A stretch of DNA of 64,000 bases, from NCBI GenBank assembly GCA_038816475.1, contig JAWBAI010000002.1, positions 109,618 through 173,617 on the forward strand, given 5' to 3'. This document shows, piece by piece, positions 9,425 to 18,555 of this stretch. This DNA comes from Desulfurococcaceae archaeon (GTDB taxonomy: Archaea; Thermoproteota; Thermoprotei_A; Sulfolobales; Desulfurococcaceae). The position numbers and the translations under genes were made by a program. The first letter of the stretch is position 1, and each line of letters starts with the position of its first letter. The notes beneath the pieces are model-generated. The model worked only from the letters and a program-made list of their open reading frames with translations. It was not told the DNA's origin and ran no database searches.

Positions 9425-10330
9425 TTACTCATCATCGGTTACACCGTACATTATCTTAAGTTCTTCTATTGAAAACTTCTTCCTAGGTCTTTGCTGGATC
9501 TCCTGCATAATCTTCTCCTTCTTGTTATTGAGAAGTGCTATTTTCTTTAGTTCGTTTATTTTTCTGATTACTTCACTGTGCTTTTGCTTCAAGGCGTTGA
9601 CCTTGGATGTTTGAACAACTATTTCGTCGCCTGTTCTTTTAATTTCCTCGCCTATAGTTGCTATACGTTGTTTTACCTCATTGTACCTGGATACTAGTTT
9701 CGTGAGCTCATTCTCGAGTTCTCCTATGCTAGTACTCTTAGCGCTAATACTATCTTTTAGTTGCTTGATTTTTTCAGATAGATTTCTAATCTCTACTTTA
9801 AGGGATTCCCTGATCGCTCTTAACTCGAGTACTTCTTCTCTGCTTTTAGTCGCTGCTAGCGCTTTTTCGTAGAGCGACATGTACGCTCTTAGTTTTTCAA
9901 TCCACTTTGCTTCCTCTTCAACTGTTAATGCTGTAGTTTGTATTTTCCACTCTATTTCATCTATCTTCTTCTTGATAGCGCTAACTGGCAGTTTAGCCTC
10001 CTTGGCAAGTGCCCGGGCTACAGTTGTTTTCTCGTTTATTAGCTCTTTTAACGCTTTGAGCTCGTTTATTGCTTTTCGTCGCTCAGCTACAGTGTTCTTA
10101 AGTTCTTTTAAAAGCTCTCTGCGCTCCTCCTTCAGTTTTCTCATATTAGCTTTAATAGAACGGATTTTTTCCAAAAGTTTGATTTTGTCTTCTCTGAGTT
10201 TTTTCAACTCGGACTGTAGTGTAATCTGGTGTTCACGTAGTTTCTTGATGGTTTCCCGAGTTCTAGCTATTTCATCCAGCAGTCTTTCAGCTTCTTCGTG
10301 AAGAAGCGATATGTCGGAATCAATACTCAT
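9425..10330 (-). CDS. archaeal coiled-coil protein (COG1340-like)
   Basis: continuous heptads; IDEIEWKIQTTALTVEEE and C-terminal KKFSIEEL signature. Confidence 0.75.
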   Translation of the reverse strand: MSIDSDISLLHEEAERLLDEIARTRETIKKLREHQITLQSELKKLREDKIKLLEKIRSIKANMRKLKEERRELLKELKNTVAERRKAINELKALKELINEKTTVARALAKEAKLPVSAIKKKIDEIEWKIQTTALTVEEEAKWIEKLRAYMSLYEKALAATKSREEVLELRAIRESLKVEIRNLSEKIKQLKDSISAKSTSIGELENELTKLVSRYNEVKQRIATIGEEIKRTGDEIVVQTSKVNALKQKHSEVIRKINELKKIALLNNKKEKIMQEIQQRPRKKFSIEELKIMYGVTDDE

Positions 10331-10347
10331 GTACTTTTAAAGCACCT

Positions 10348-11043
10348 CTACTTGCTAATTATCACTCTAACATCAACAGCTATTGCTCCCTTCGGGTACG
10401 CGATTACGGGGTTTAGGTCTATTGACTCGATCTCAGGGTTCTCGTCGAGGAGTTTAGAGGTTTTAACTATGATATCAGCAATAGCGTGCTTATCAACGGG
10501 TGGTTGACCTCTGTAACCGTTGAGTATGCTAGATGATTTTATCTCCTCGATCATCTCTAGTGCATCTTCGTATGTTATGGGTGTTATTCTGAAGGAAACA
10601 TCCCTTAGTACTTCAACGAATATTCCACCTAAACCAAACATTACTGCTGGCCCAAAAACGTTGTCTCTTACTCCTCCCACGATTACCTCGAGGCCTGGTG
10701 GTGCCATATTATACATTAGTACTCCTTCAATACGCGCGTGTGGCGCCCTTTGAGAAACAAGAGTGAGCATTTCTTCTAATGCTTTAGCGACTTCCTCCTT
10801 GCTCATTAAACCCAGCTTAACACCTCCTACATCGCTTTTGTGAGTTATATCTGGTGACACGATCTTGAGAGCTATTGGGTATCCTACGGTGTCAGCCAGC
10901 TGGTATGCTTCCAGGGGTGATTTTACAAGGTATGCTTTAGGTGTTCTTATTCCGTAATAGGTTGCAAGTTCAAAAGCTTCGTGTTCGAGGAGCTTTGTTC
11001 TATCCTCCTGAATAGCCTTTCTGATGATTTCTCGTGGTGTCAT
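10348..11043 (-). CDS. ADP-forming acyl-CoA synthetase beta subunit
   Basis: LKIVSPDITHKSDVGGV, FGPAVMFGLGGIFVE, DLNP. Confidence 0.95.
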   Translation of the reverse strand: MTPREIIRKAIQEDRTKLLEHEAFELATYYGIRTPKAYLVKSPLEAYQLADTVGYPIALKIVSPDITHKSDVGGVKLGLMSKEEVAKALEEMLTLVSQRAPHARIEGVLMYNMAPPGLEVIVGGVRDNVFGPAVMFGLGGIFVEVLRDVSFRITPITYEDALEMIEEIKSSSILNGYRGQPPVDKHAIADIIVKTSKLLDENPEIESIDLNPVIAYPKGAIAVDVRVIISK

Positions 11044-11051
11044 GAAGATCC

Positions 11052-12452
11052 CTACCTTTGAATTTCTCTTCTCTTAATTAGGCTGTATTGGTAGAGGGAT
11101 TTTAATGCCTTTGCAAGCCTCTCGGGTGATTCAAACACGGTTACACCTCCCTCTTGGAGTTTTCTAGCCGTTTCCATTGCTATTTCGCTTCCAATAGTCA
11201 AAGCAACAATGGGTTTTTCAAACTCGTTCTTCAGCTTTACTATATGGTCTACAAAAGTACCCTTTATTCCCGGAACCTGTGGAAGAGCCACCACAACTAT
11301 AGCATCTACATCCTCTCTTCTTACTAAAACGTCGAGAACTCTAATGTAGCGTTCATCGTCGGTATCACCAGTTAAGTCTATGGGGTTATCAATAATGCAG
11401 TGCCTTGGAAGCTCCTTTCTCAATTGCTCTCTAAGGTCAGGTGGTGTTAATGGTACTTCAAACCCGTTGCTGGTTAAAGCATCTGTCAACATTACACCTA
11501 CACCACCAGCGTCTGTTACTATGTAGACTCTGTTACCCTTCATCAGTGGCTGATCCAGTAGTATTCTTACCATGTCCATCATTTCGTCAAAACTCTCAGC
11601 CTCCAGTACACCCGCTTGCTTGAACGCTGCTCTGTAAACACCGTAATCACCAGCCAGAGCAGCCGTATGGCTAGCTGCTGCACGCCCCCCTCTACCTGTT
11701 TTCCCGGCTTTGTATACGACCACCGGCTTCTTTTTGACCACTCTTCTAGCAACATTGAGAAGCGCTTTTCCTCTACCGGGTTTAAAGCCCTCAACGTACA
11801 TTAGGATGACTTTAGTTTTATCATCTTCACCCAGGAAATCCAGTAGCTCTACATCATCTACATCTATCTTGTTCCCATAGCTTATAGCTCTCGAAACACC
11901 TATGCCGTAATACGCCATCCAATCCATGAGCGCTGTTGCGAATGCACCACTCTGGCTTATAAACCCCACATATCCTCTCGGTGGTTTCCTCATCTTAGTT
12001 GTGAAGAACGTATCTACACCACTCCAGTTGTCGAACACCCCGATGCAGTTTGGTCCTATGACTCTGATCCCGTACTCACGGGATATCTTGATAACCTTGT
12101 CCTCCAGTAGTTCACCCTCTGGTGTTCCTGTCTCGCGGAATCCGCCGCTTATGATGATAACAGCTTTAGTGCCTTTTTCACCTAGCTCGGAGAGAGCGTC
12201 TGGCACGCTTGGTGCAGGTATAACTATAACCCCTAGGTCTGGGGTCTCAGGTACATCTCTTATGCTTCTATAGCACTTTAGACCCAGAACTTCGTCGTAG
12301 TGAGGGTTTACTGGGTATATTCTGCCTTTGAACTTCAACACGAAGTTCTCAAGTATAGCACGTCCAACTTTACCTTCCTTTGGCGTTGCACCAACAATTA
12401 CAACACTCTCCGGGTAAAAGAACTTGGTTAGACTTGCATGTCCCACGTTCAC
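11052..12452 (-). CDS. ADP-forming acyl-CoA synthetase alpha subunit
   Basis: GPNCIG, SQSGA, AASHTAALAG phospho-His, NPIDLTGD. Confidence 0.95.
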   Translation of the reverse strand: MNVGHASLTKFFYPESVVIVGATPKEGKVGRAILENFVLKFKGRIYPVNPHYDEVLGLKCYRSIRDVPETPDLGVIVIPAPSVPDALSELGEKGTKAVIIISGGFRETGTPEGELLEDKVIKISREYGIRVIGPNCIGVFDNWSGVDTFFTTKMRKPPRGYVGFISQSGAFATALMDWMAYYGIGVSRAISYGNKIDVDDVELLDFLGEDDKTKVILMYVEGFKPGRGKALLNVARRVVKKKPVVVYKAGKTGRGGRAAASHTAALAGDYGVYRAAFKQAGVLEAESFDEMMDMVRILLDQPLMKGNRVYIVTDAGGVGVMLTDALTSNGFEVPLTPPDLREQLRKELPRHCIIDNPIDLTGDTDDERYIRVLDVLVRREDVDAIVVVALPQVPGIKGTFVDHIVKLKNEFEKPIVALTIGSEIAMETARKLQEGGVTVFESPERLAKALKSLYQYSLIKRREIQR

Positions 12453-12586
12453 GGTTATTCACCGGGGCAATGAATCAATACCACGAGTATATGATGAGCT
12501 CGTGACTTAATAACCGGTTCCCAAAAGCCTGAGGACCCGGAACTCGGAGTAAAACATATAACTACAACTTACTTTTACGACTCACG

Positions 12587-14041
12587 GTGAACCTCTGCTT
12601 GAGCGTGGACGAAAGCCTACTCCAGGAGCTGGTGGATAAGGGTAGAGAACTAGGAGCTTCCTATGTAGAATCGCGATACCACGAGAACCGTGGATTTCTA
12701 GTGAACGTGCGAAACGGAAAACCCATAGGTATATCCTACATCAAGGAGAGTGGTGTTGGTATAAGGGTTCTTGTAAACGGATCTCTGGGGTTCGCGGCAA
12801 CTTCGGATACCACCAGAGAATCCCTACTGAACGCTCTTAAAGCTGCCATAACCCGCGCAAAAGCTTTAAGCAGGCTGAGAAAGAGCCCTATTGAGTTTTC
12901 AGAGGAAAAACTGGGTGTTGTAAACTACGGAGTTGTAGAAAGAAAACCTGTTGAAACCTATGTAACCCCTGACGCTGCACTGAGTTTACTATCTGAAATC
13001 TACAAGTTGTCTACTGAGAGTGTGAAGGAGGCTAAGCTGGCTGTTATGACCGGTATGTTTAGAGTACTCATCGAAGAAAAAACCATTGTAACATCTGATG
13101 GTGGATGCGTACGCTCCAGAATACCAAGGCTGTACGCGTTCCTCCAGAGTACCCTTGTTCACCAGCGTGGATCCCTTCAAAAAGTAAGAGAGTTTGGTTC
13201 ATCCGGAGGAGTTGAGAAGATAGAGGAGTGGAACATCCAAAGCAGAATTGTTGAAGAGCTTCGCGCTCTTGAAAATGTCCTAGTTAGAGGAGTTGAACCT
13301 CCTAAGGAGAAAGTAGATGTAGTACTTGGACCCGAGGTTGTTGGACTGATCGTTCACGAGTCTTCCGGCCACCCCATGGAGGCTGATAGGATTCTCGGAA
13401 GAGAAGCTGCACAAGCAGGTGAATCCTACGTGAAACCAGACATGATCGGAGTGTTCAAGGTTGGCAACAAGTACGCCACCGTAGTCGACGATCCCACAAT
13501 ACCCGGTAGCTACGGGTTCTTCCTCTACGACGACGAGTGCGTTAAAGCAAGACCTAGGTACCTCTACAAGGAGGGCTTAATCAACGAACCTCTGCACAAT
13601 AGACACACAGCTAAGATCCTTCGAACCAGTAGTAATGGAGCAGCTAGGTCGATGAACTTCGCATCAGAACCCATAGTAAGGATGAGCAACACTTATCTAC
13701 TGCCAGGAGACATGGAGTTCGAGGAGCTTATAGAAGACATAGACCTGGGCATATACGTCAAGTCTTACATGGAGTGGAACATTGACGACGTACGGTGGAA
13801 CCAAAGATACGTAGGACTTGAAGCCTACATGATAAGGAACGGAGAACTTGCAGAACCTGTTCGAAACCCCGTTCTAGAGTTCACAACGGGTTGGTTTTAC
13901 AACAACATTGTAGCCGTAGACAAGAACCTTACCTTCTTCCCTGGAACCTGCGGTAAAGGTGAACCATCTCAAGGAGTACCCGTATGGTTCGGTGGTCCCA
14001 ACGTTAGATTAGCAAAAATGACAGTAGGTGTTCTGGGATGA
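12587..14041 (+). CDS. tldD: TldD metalloprotease
   Basis: HESSGHPMEAD, RMSNTY, CGKGEPSQ. Confidence 0.93.
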   Translation: MNLCLSVDESLLQELVDKGRELGASYVESRYHENRGFLVNVRNGKPIGISYIKESGVGIRVLVNGSLGFAATSDTTRESLLNALKAAITRAKALSRLRKSPIEFSEEKLGVVNYGVVERKPVETYVTPDAALSLLSEIYKLSTESVKEAKLAVMTGMFRVLIEEKTIVTSDGGCVRSRIPRLYAFLQSTLVHQRGSLQKVREFGSSGGVEKIEEWNIQSRIVEELRALENVLVRGVEPPKEKVDVVLGPEVVGLIVHESSGHPMEADRILGREAAQAGESYVKPDMIGVFKVGNKYATVVDDPTIPGSYGFFLYDDECVKARPRYLYKEGLINEPLHNRHTAKILRTSSNGAARSMNFASEPIVRMSNTYLLPGDMEFEELIEDIDLGIYVKSYMEWNIDDVRWNQRYVGLEAYMIRNGELAEPVRNPVLEFTTGWFYNNIVAVDKNLTFFPGTCGKGEPSQGVPVWFGGPNVRLAKMTVGVLG

Positions 14042-15366
14042 GTGACGTAGAAGTTCTACGTAAGATAGTGAATGAGCTCTCAAGAACGTACGATGACGTA
14101 GCTATTGTTCTAAACAAAGCGGAAAGAGTCATGGTTAAACTCTGGAACACGGAGCCATCTGTGGTTCAAAACTGGTTCGACTGGGATCTCGGAGTAAGAT
14201 TATCGAAGAACAGACGTATGTGGATACTATGGCTTTACTCGAAAGACCCCGAGTACATTCTGAAAAGCTCAAACAAGCTCCTGGAACTAGCAGATAAAAT
14301 CGAGGAGTCTGAAATATACTCACCTCTCCCTGAACCATCCAAGTGTAGTCCCCTGGAAAACGCGTACGATCACAACGTGGAGAAGTACATGGAGGATCCG
14401 TCGAAACCAGTAGAGCTAATGGTGAACGAAGCTCTCTCCCAACACGTGGAAAGAGTAGCTGGAATGCTAACACTTGGAAAACTCAGCAAGACACTCATAA
14501 CCAGCAAGGGATTCGAGTGCGAGGAGACAAAAACCTTTGTAGAAGCATATCTAAGAGCGTTCAAGAAGGAGCACAGCGGGCACTGGGCCTACGGTTCTAC
14601 CCGCGTTGATTTTGAAAAATTAAAAACAGTTGGTCAAAAAGCAGGATACTACGCAACATTAACAGAGAGAAAAGCGGACTTCACCCCTGGGAAGTACAAC
14701 ATTGTTGTTTCCCCACTAGTTGCTGGTAACTTGTTTAACTACATTGCAAGAATGTCTTCAGCTCTCATGATACTCTCAGGTTTCTCGTTCTTAGCTAAGT
14801 TCACACCTGGAAGTAGAATAGCCTCTGACAAGCTGTCACTCTACGATAAACCTAGAGATCCACTATTACACGGAGGTACAGGCTTCGACGATGAAGGAAC
14901 ACCGTCCTACAATAAGCCCATCGTAGAAAAAGGCGTTTATGCTACAATGTTACACAATACGGGTACAGCTAAAAGATTCGGGGTAGCATCAACAGGTAAT
15001 GCTGGGTGGATCATGCCAAGACCATGGAACATTGAAATTTCAAGTGGAGAACTGAGAGAAGATGAACTAGTGCAGGAGCTTAGAGACGGAGTTCTAATAA
15101 CAAACAACTGGTATACAAGATTGCAAAACTACTTTGAAGGCTACTTCTCGACAGTTACAAGGGATGCTACCCTACTCGTTAGGAATGGAGAAATCATCGG
15201 CAATATTGGCAGAGTAAGAATAACAAGTAGCTTCCCATATTTACTCTCCAATATCAAAGACATGACGAGAACTGTCTACGATATAGCATGGTGGGAAGTA
15301 AGTATACCTACGAGAGCACCGTACATTATAGTACAAAACGTTCAGCTAACGAAACCCGAAGTCTAG
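14038..15366 (+). CDS. pmbA: TldE/PmbA partner subunit
   Basis: FDDEG, STGNAGW; 4-nt overlap with tldD. Confidence 0.88.
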   Translation: MSDVEVLRKIVNELSRTYDDVAIVLNKAERVMVKLWNTEPSVVQNWFDWDLGVRLSKNRRMWILWLYSKDPEYILKSSNKLLELADKIEESEIYSPLPEPSKCSPLENAYDHNVEKYMEDPSKPVELMVNEALSQHVERVAGMLTLGKLSKTLITSKGFECEETKTFVEAYLRAFKKEHSGHWAYGSTRVDFEKLKTVGQKAGYYATLTERKADFTPGKYNIVVSPLVAGNLFNYIARMSSALMILSGFSFLAKFTPGSRIASDKLSLYDKPRDPLLHGGTGFDDEGTPSYNKPIVEKGVYATMLHNTGTAKRFGVASTGNAGWIMPRPWNIEISSGELREDELVQELRDGVLITNNWYTRLQNYFEGYFSTVTRDATLLVRNGEIIGNIGRVRITSSFPYLLSNIKDMTRTVYDIAWWEVSIPTRAPYIIVQNVQLTKPEV

Positions 15367-15413
15367 GCTTTTTCTCAGACCTATGGTTAAAAAGGTCCTG
15401 GCGAGAACTCTGT

Positions 15414-16109
15414 CTATTCTACTACAACAACCTGCATAGGTTGATTTTCGCTTTGACCTTTACTCTCCTGAGTTGCTAGTCCTACAGCTGGGGACAAAGG
15501 TATTACCTCGAGAGACTCTATGAGGTCCAAGTGCTTCTTGAGAGACTCTTTTTCTTTGAGAAGAATTTCAAGAGTCTTCTTCATGATATCTACTGCTAGT
15601 AAGTACGGTTTCTCTGGAATTTCACCAGCAAGGTAGCTTGTTTTAAGAGCAGCCATGGCTTTCTCAACTTCCGCGATCTGGTCTTCAACCTCGTGAATTC
15701 TCTTCCTCAGAGAGTCCTTAACCTCTTTCGACATAGCTTTTACACTCACGATTTCCGACTCGAGCTTTTTCTTAAATGCTTCATATGCGTGTGTTGGAAC
15801 CTCCTTCTTGGCGTAGAGGTCTTCTAGGGATGCAAGCCTGCTCTTAATTATCTTCAACCTGTTCTCAACAATTAGAGCCTTGTACTCGTGCTCCGGAATT
15901 AGCACTACTGCTTCCGCAGTTATATTGAATCTTTCTATGGGTATCTCCTTGTACTCAACATCGTTGTAGTTTACTTCAAGCGATGTTACTTTTCCATCTG
16001 CATTACTGTATATGCTGACAACGTAGCCCAGTCTTCTACCATAAGGATCCACAACAGGCTTACCTAGAACATCCACCAGCTTACCAATGTCTGTGTACAT
16101 ATTATACAC
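15414..16109 (-). CDS. cdvA: cell division protein CdvA
   Basis: N-terminal PRC barrel (GKPVVDPYGRRLGYVV), coiled coil with YLAGEI, C-terminal PMQVVVVE tail. Confidence 0.88.
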   Translation of the reverse strand: MYNMYTDIGKLVDVLGKPVVDPYGRRLGYVVSIYSNADGKVTSLEVNYNDVEYKEIPIERFNITAEAVVLIPEHEYKALIVENRLKIIKSRLASLEDLYAKKEVPTHAYEAFKKKLESEIVSVKAMSKEVKDSLRKRIHEVEDQIAEVEKAMAALKTSYLAGEIPEKPYLLAVDIMKKTLEILLKEKESLKKHLDLIESLEVIPLSPAVGLATQESKGQSENQPMQVVVVE

Positions 16110-16171
16110 ACCACTTGTTTAATTCCTACGAGATTAGTTTTAAAAGGATGGGGGTTGAGAGCTAGCTACTA

Positions 16172-16230
16172 TCAGCAGCCTGGTTCCTGGCATAGCCCTC
16201 TGAGGGCTTCGCGCTTTTAACCTTCATCAC
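16172..16230 (-). ncRNA. box C/D guide sRNA (probable tRNA targets)
   Basis: C GTGATGA 16224-16230, D CTGA 16172-16175; guides AGGTTAAAAGCG and GGAACCAGGCTG; degenerate C'/D' around a GCCCTC/GAGGGC hairpin. Confidence 0.72.
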
Positions 16231-16282
16231 CAACTTCATAAACTTAGACCTCTCCTTTAAAAACAAACTATGTGAAAAACTG

Positions 16283-16555
16283 ATGAATAGGGATAAAGCT
16301 ATGAACGAAACCACCATAAGCAGAGTTCAGGAGCTGTTTTCAGCGTTAGCAGAATTCTTCTCTAAGCTTAGTGGAATAGGGCTATGGTTCTTCATGGTCG
16401 GATTCTTCCTGCTCCTTCTACTAGCTGGAATCATACTGCTGAAAGCGCTCATAGCAGTACTAAAAATTATTCCCAATTTAACGGTTGGACAGTTCATTAA
16501 ACTACTGCTAGTCGTAGCATTAGTACTAATGATCGCTGGTCTCTTCATTCCATAA
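16283..16555 (+). CDS. small membrane protein
   Basis: two long hydrophobic segments. Confidence 0.65.
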   Translation: MNRDKAMNETTISRVQELFSALAEFFSKLSGIGLWFFMVGFFLLLLLAGIILLKALIAVLKIIPNLTVGQFIKLLLVVALVLMIAGLFIP

Positions 16556-16578
16556 AACTGAAAGAGTTGAAAATACTT

Positions 16579-17895
16579 TTAGGGTTTTCTAGGGAACACC
16601 CTGAATCCAGGGTACTTCGGCTTCTCTAGCTCTTCGTATATTTCAAGTAACCTATTGTACTTGCACACTCGTTCTCCACGAGCTGGGGCTCCCGTCTTTA
16701 TAAGCCCTGTTGATAGTCCGACCGCGATATCAGCTATGGATGTATCCTCTGTTTCACCACTTCTATGGCTTACGATCGCTCTGTAGTTGTTTTGCTTCGC
16801 CAGTTTAACAACCTCAGTGGTTTCTGTTAGCGTACCAATTTGATTTACTTTAACAAGTATAGCGTTTGCGGCTGAAACCTCTATTCCCTTGCTAAGCCTC
16901 TTAATGTTAGTTGTAAATAGGTCATCTCCTACTATTAGTACCTTGGATCCCAAGCTTCTAGTTATGTACGCAAAACCCTCGAAATCCTCCTCGTACAGTG
17001 GATCCTCTATGCTTACTATTGGATAATCTGCGGTAAGCTGCTCGTAAAACGATATGAGATCATACCTGGTTAGTTCACGACCTTCGCCCTCAAGTACGTA
17101 CACACCTTTGTCTTCTCTGTAAAGCCTTGAACTTGCTACGTCTAAGGCTATCGCAATCTGATCACCAGGTACATAACCGGCTTTTTCAATAGCTTTAACC
17201 AATAGGTCTAGCGCATCTCTGGTTTTCTCTAGTGGAGGAGCATACCCTCCTTCATCACCAACGTTCACAGCCATTGGTCCATACTTCTCCTTTAGTATCT
17301 GCCTTAAACTATGGTAAACCTCTACAGATGCTTTCAAAGCTACAGTGAAATCGTCAAACCCTGCAGGTACTATCATGAACTCCTGAAAATCAAGCTTGTT
17401 ACCCGCGTGAACACCTCCATTGATGATATTTAGCATCGGTACCGGGATGAGGTCAGCTGCTTTACCGCCCAGGTACATATACAGTGGTAATCCGAGAGTG
17501 GAAGCTGCTGCTTTTGCTACTGCAAGGCTAGTTGCAACTATAGCGTTAGCTCCTAGTCTACTCTTGTTCTCTGTTCCATCGATCTCTATCATCTTGTAGT
17601 CGATCTCGCACTGATGTGACGCGTTCATTCCAATGATAGCGGGCGCTATTATTCTGTTTACGTTTTCTACAGCTTTAGAAACCCCTTTTCCGAGGTAGTC
17701 CTTACCCCCATCCCTGAGCTCGAGAGCTTCGTGTTTACCTACGGATGCTCCGCTTGGGGCATACGCTACTCCTACTCCGTATCCTTCAGTAACTACTCTC
17801 ACGCACACTGTTGGGTTTCCACGACTATCAAGAACCATTCTACCATGCACATCTCTTATTATTAGGGATTCCCACAGTATATCAAGTAGTGACAT
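16579..17895 (-). CDS. eno: enolase
   Basis: [38 protein letters not shown]; start taken as ATG 17895. Confidence 0.97.
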   Translation of the reverse strand: MSLLDILWESLIIRDVHGRMVLDSRGNPTVCVRVVTEGYGVGVAYAPSGASVGKHEALELRDGGKDYLGKGVSKAVENVNRIIAPAIIGMNASHQCEIDYKMIEIDGTENKSRLGANAIVATSLAVAKAAASTLGLPLYMYLGGKAADLIPVPMLNIINGGVHAGNKLDFQEFMIVPAGFDDFTVALKASVEVYHSLRQILKEKYGPMAVNVGDEGGYAPPLEKTRDALDLLVKAIEKAGYVPGDQIAIALDVASSRLYREDKGVYVLEGEGRELTRYDLISFYEQLTADYPIVSIEDPLYEEDFEGFAYITRSLGSKVLIVGDDLFTTNIKRLSKGIEVSAANAILVKVNQIGTLTETTEVVKLAKQNNYRAIVSHRSGETEDTSIADIAVGLSTGLIKTGAPARGERVCKYNRLLEIYEELEKPKYPGFRVFPRKP

Positions 17896-17933
17896 GGGAT
17901 TCACCAGCACATCAACGCAGGTTACATGGCACT

Positions 17934-18239
17934 ATGATTACGCTGGGAGTTAATATTTTAGCATCATATCTGCTGTGGGTAGCGGTAACCTTAGTCTTCA
18001 AGAACAGGGTTAAGAAGATGCTCATATACGCGTTGTTCCCCTTCGCTCTGTACAGTGCTCCATGCGTTTACTATGCTTTAGCAGAACATAGCATGGTATA
18101 CGCGTTACCAGTAGTTCTGTCCGCTTTAGTATTGGTCTATCATGCTGGAAAGGGTGAAAAGAACGCTTTTACCTCAACTATAATACCCCTACCTCAAGTA
18201 CTTACACTAGTGTACATAGCACTGGTGCATCCACTTTGA
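17934..18239 (+). CDS. small multi-pass membrane protein
   Basis: hydrophobic ORF from ATG 17934 (upstream part overlaps eno); 4-nt overlap with next gene. Confidence 0.55.
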   Translation: MITLGVNILASYLLWVAVTLVFKNRVKKMLIYALFPFALYSAPCVYYALAEHSMVYALPVVLSALVLVYHAGKGEKNAFTSTIIPLPQVLTLVYIALVHPL

Positions 18240-18529
18240 CCACTGAGAAGTGTCCGAAGTGTGGTTCAAGTGACGTGAAAGTAGTTAAGACTTGGAACCT
18301 TGTTTCTCCACTACCCGATAAACTCGGAAGAATAACAATAACTGTTATGGGAGTACTTAAGTGCAACTCGTGTGGTTATAGCTGGAAGAGTACTGTGAGC
18401 AAGTTGAAAGTTGGTGGTGGTATTGAAGCTGAGAGCAAAAAAGGTCGGTTGGTAGTGGAGGAAGAGGATAAAACTCCCCCGAAGGAGATAGTTCTCGATA
18501 TTGGTGATATACTTCAGGAGGAAGACTGA
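18236..18529 (+). CDS. Cren7-like Zn-ribbon chromatin protein
   Basis: VVKTWNLVSP..GRITITVMG..KC..CG..W resembles the Cren7 W-x-L-x-P core; two CxxC; acidic tail. Confidence 0.6.
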   Translation: MTTEKCPKCGSSDVKVVKTWNLVSPLPDKLGRITITVMGVLKCNSCGYSWKSTVSKLKVGGGIEAESKKGRLVVEEEDKTPPKEIVLDIGDILQEED

Positions 18530-18555
18530 GACCTACACGCAACGTAGTGTTCTAC

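Noticed and set aside
12482-12540. ATGATGA...CTGA with two small hairpins
   Set aside because: Too short, no convincing C'/D'; lies in a divergent promoter region
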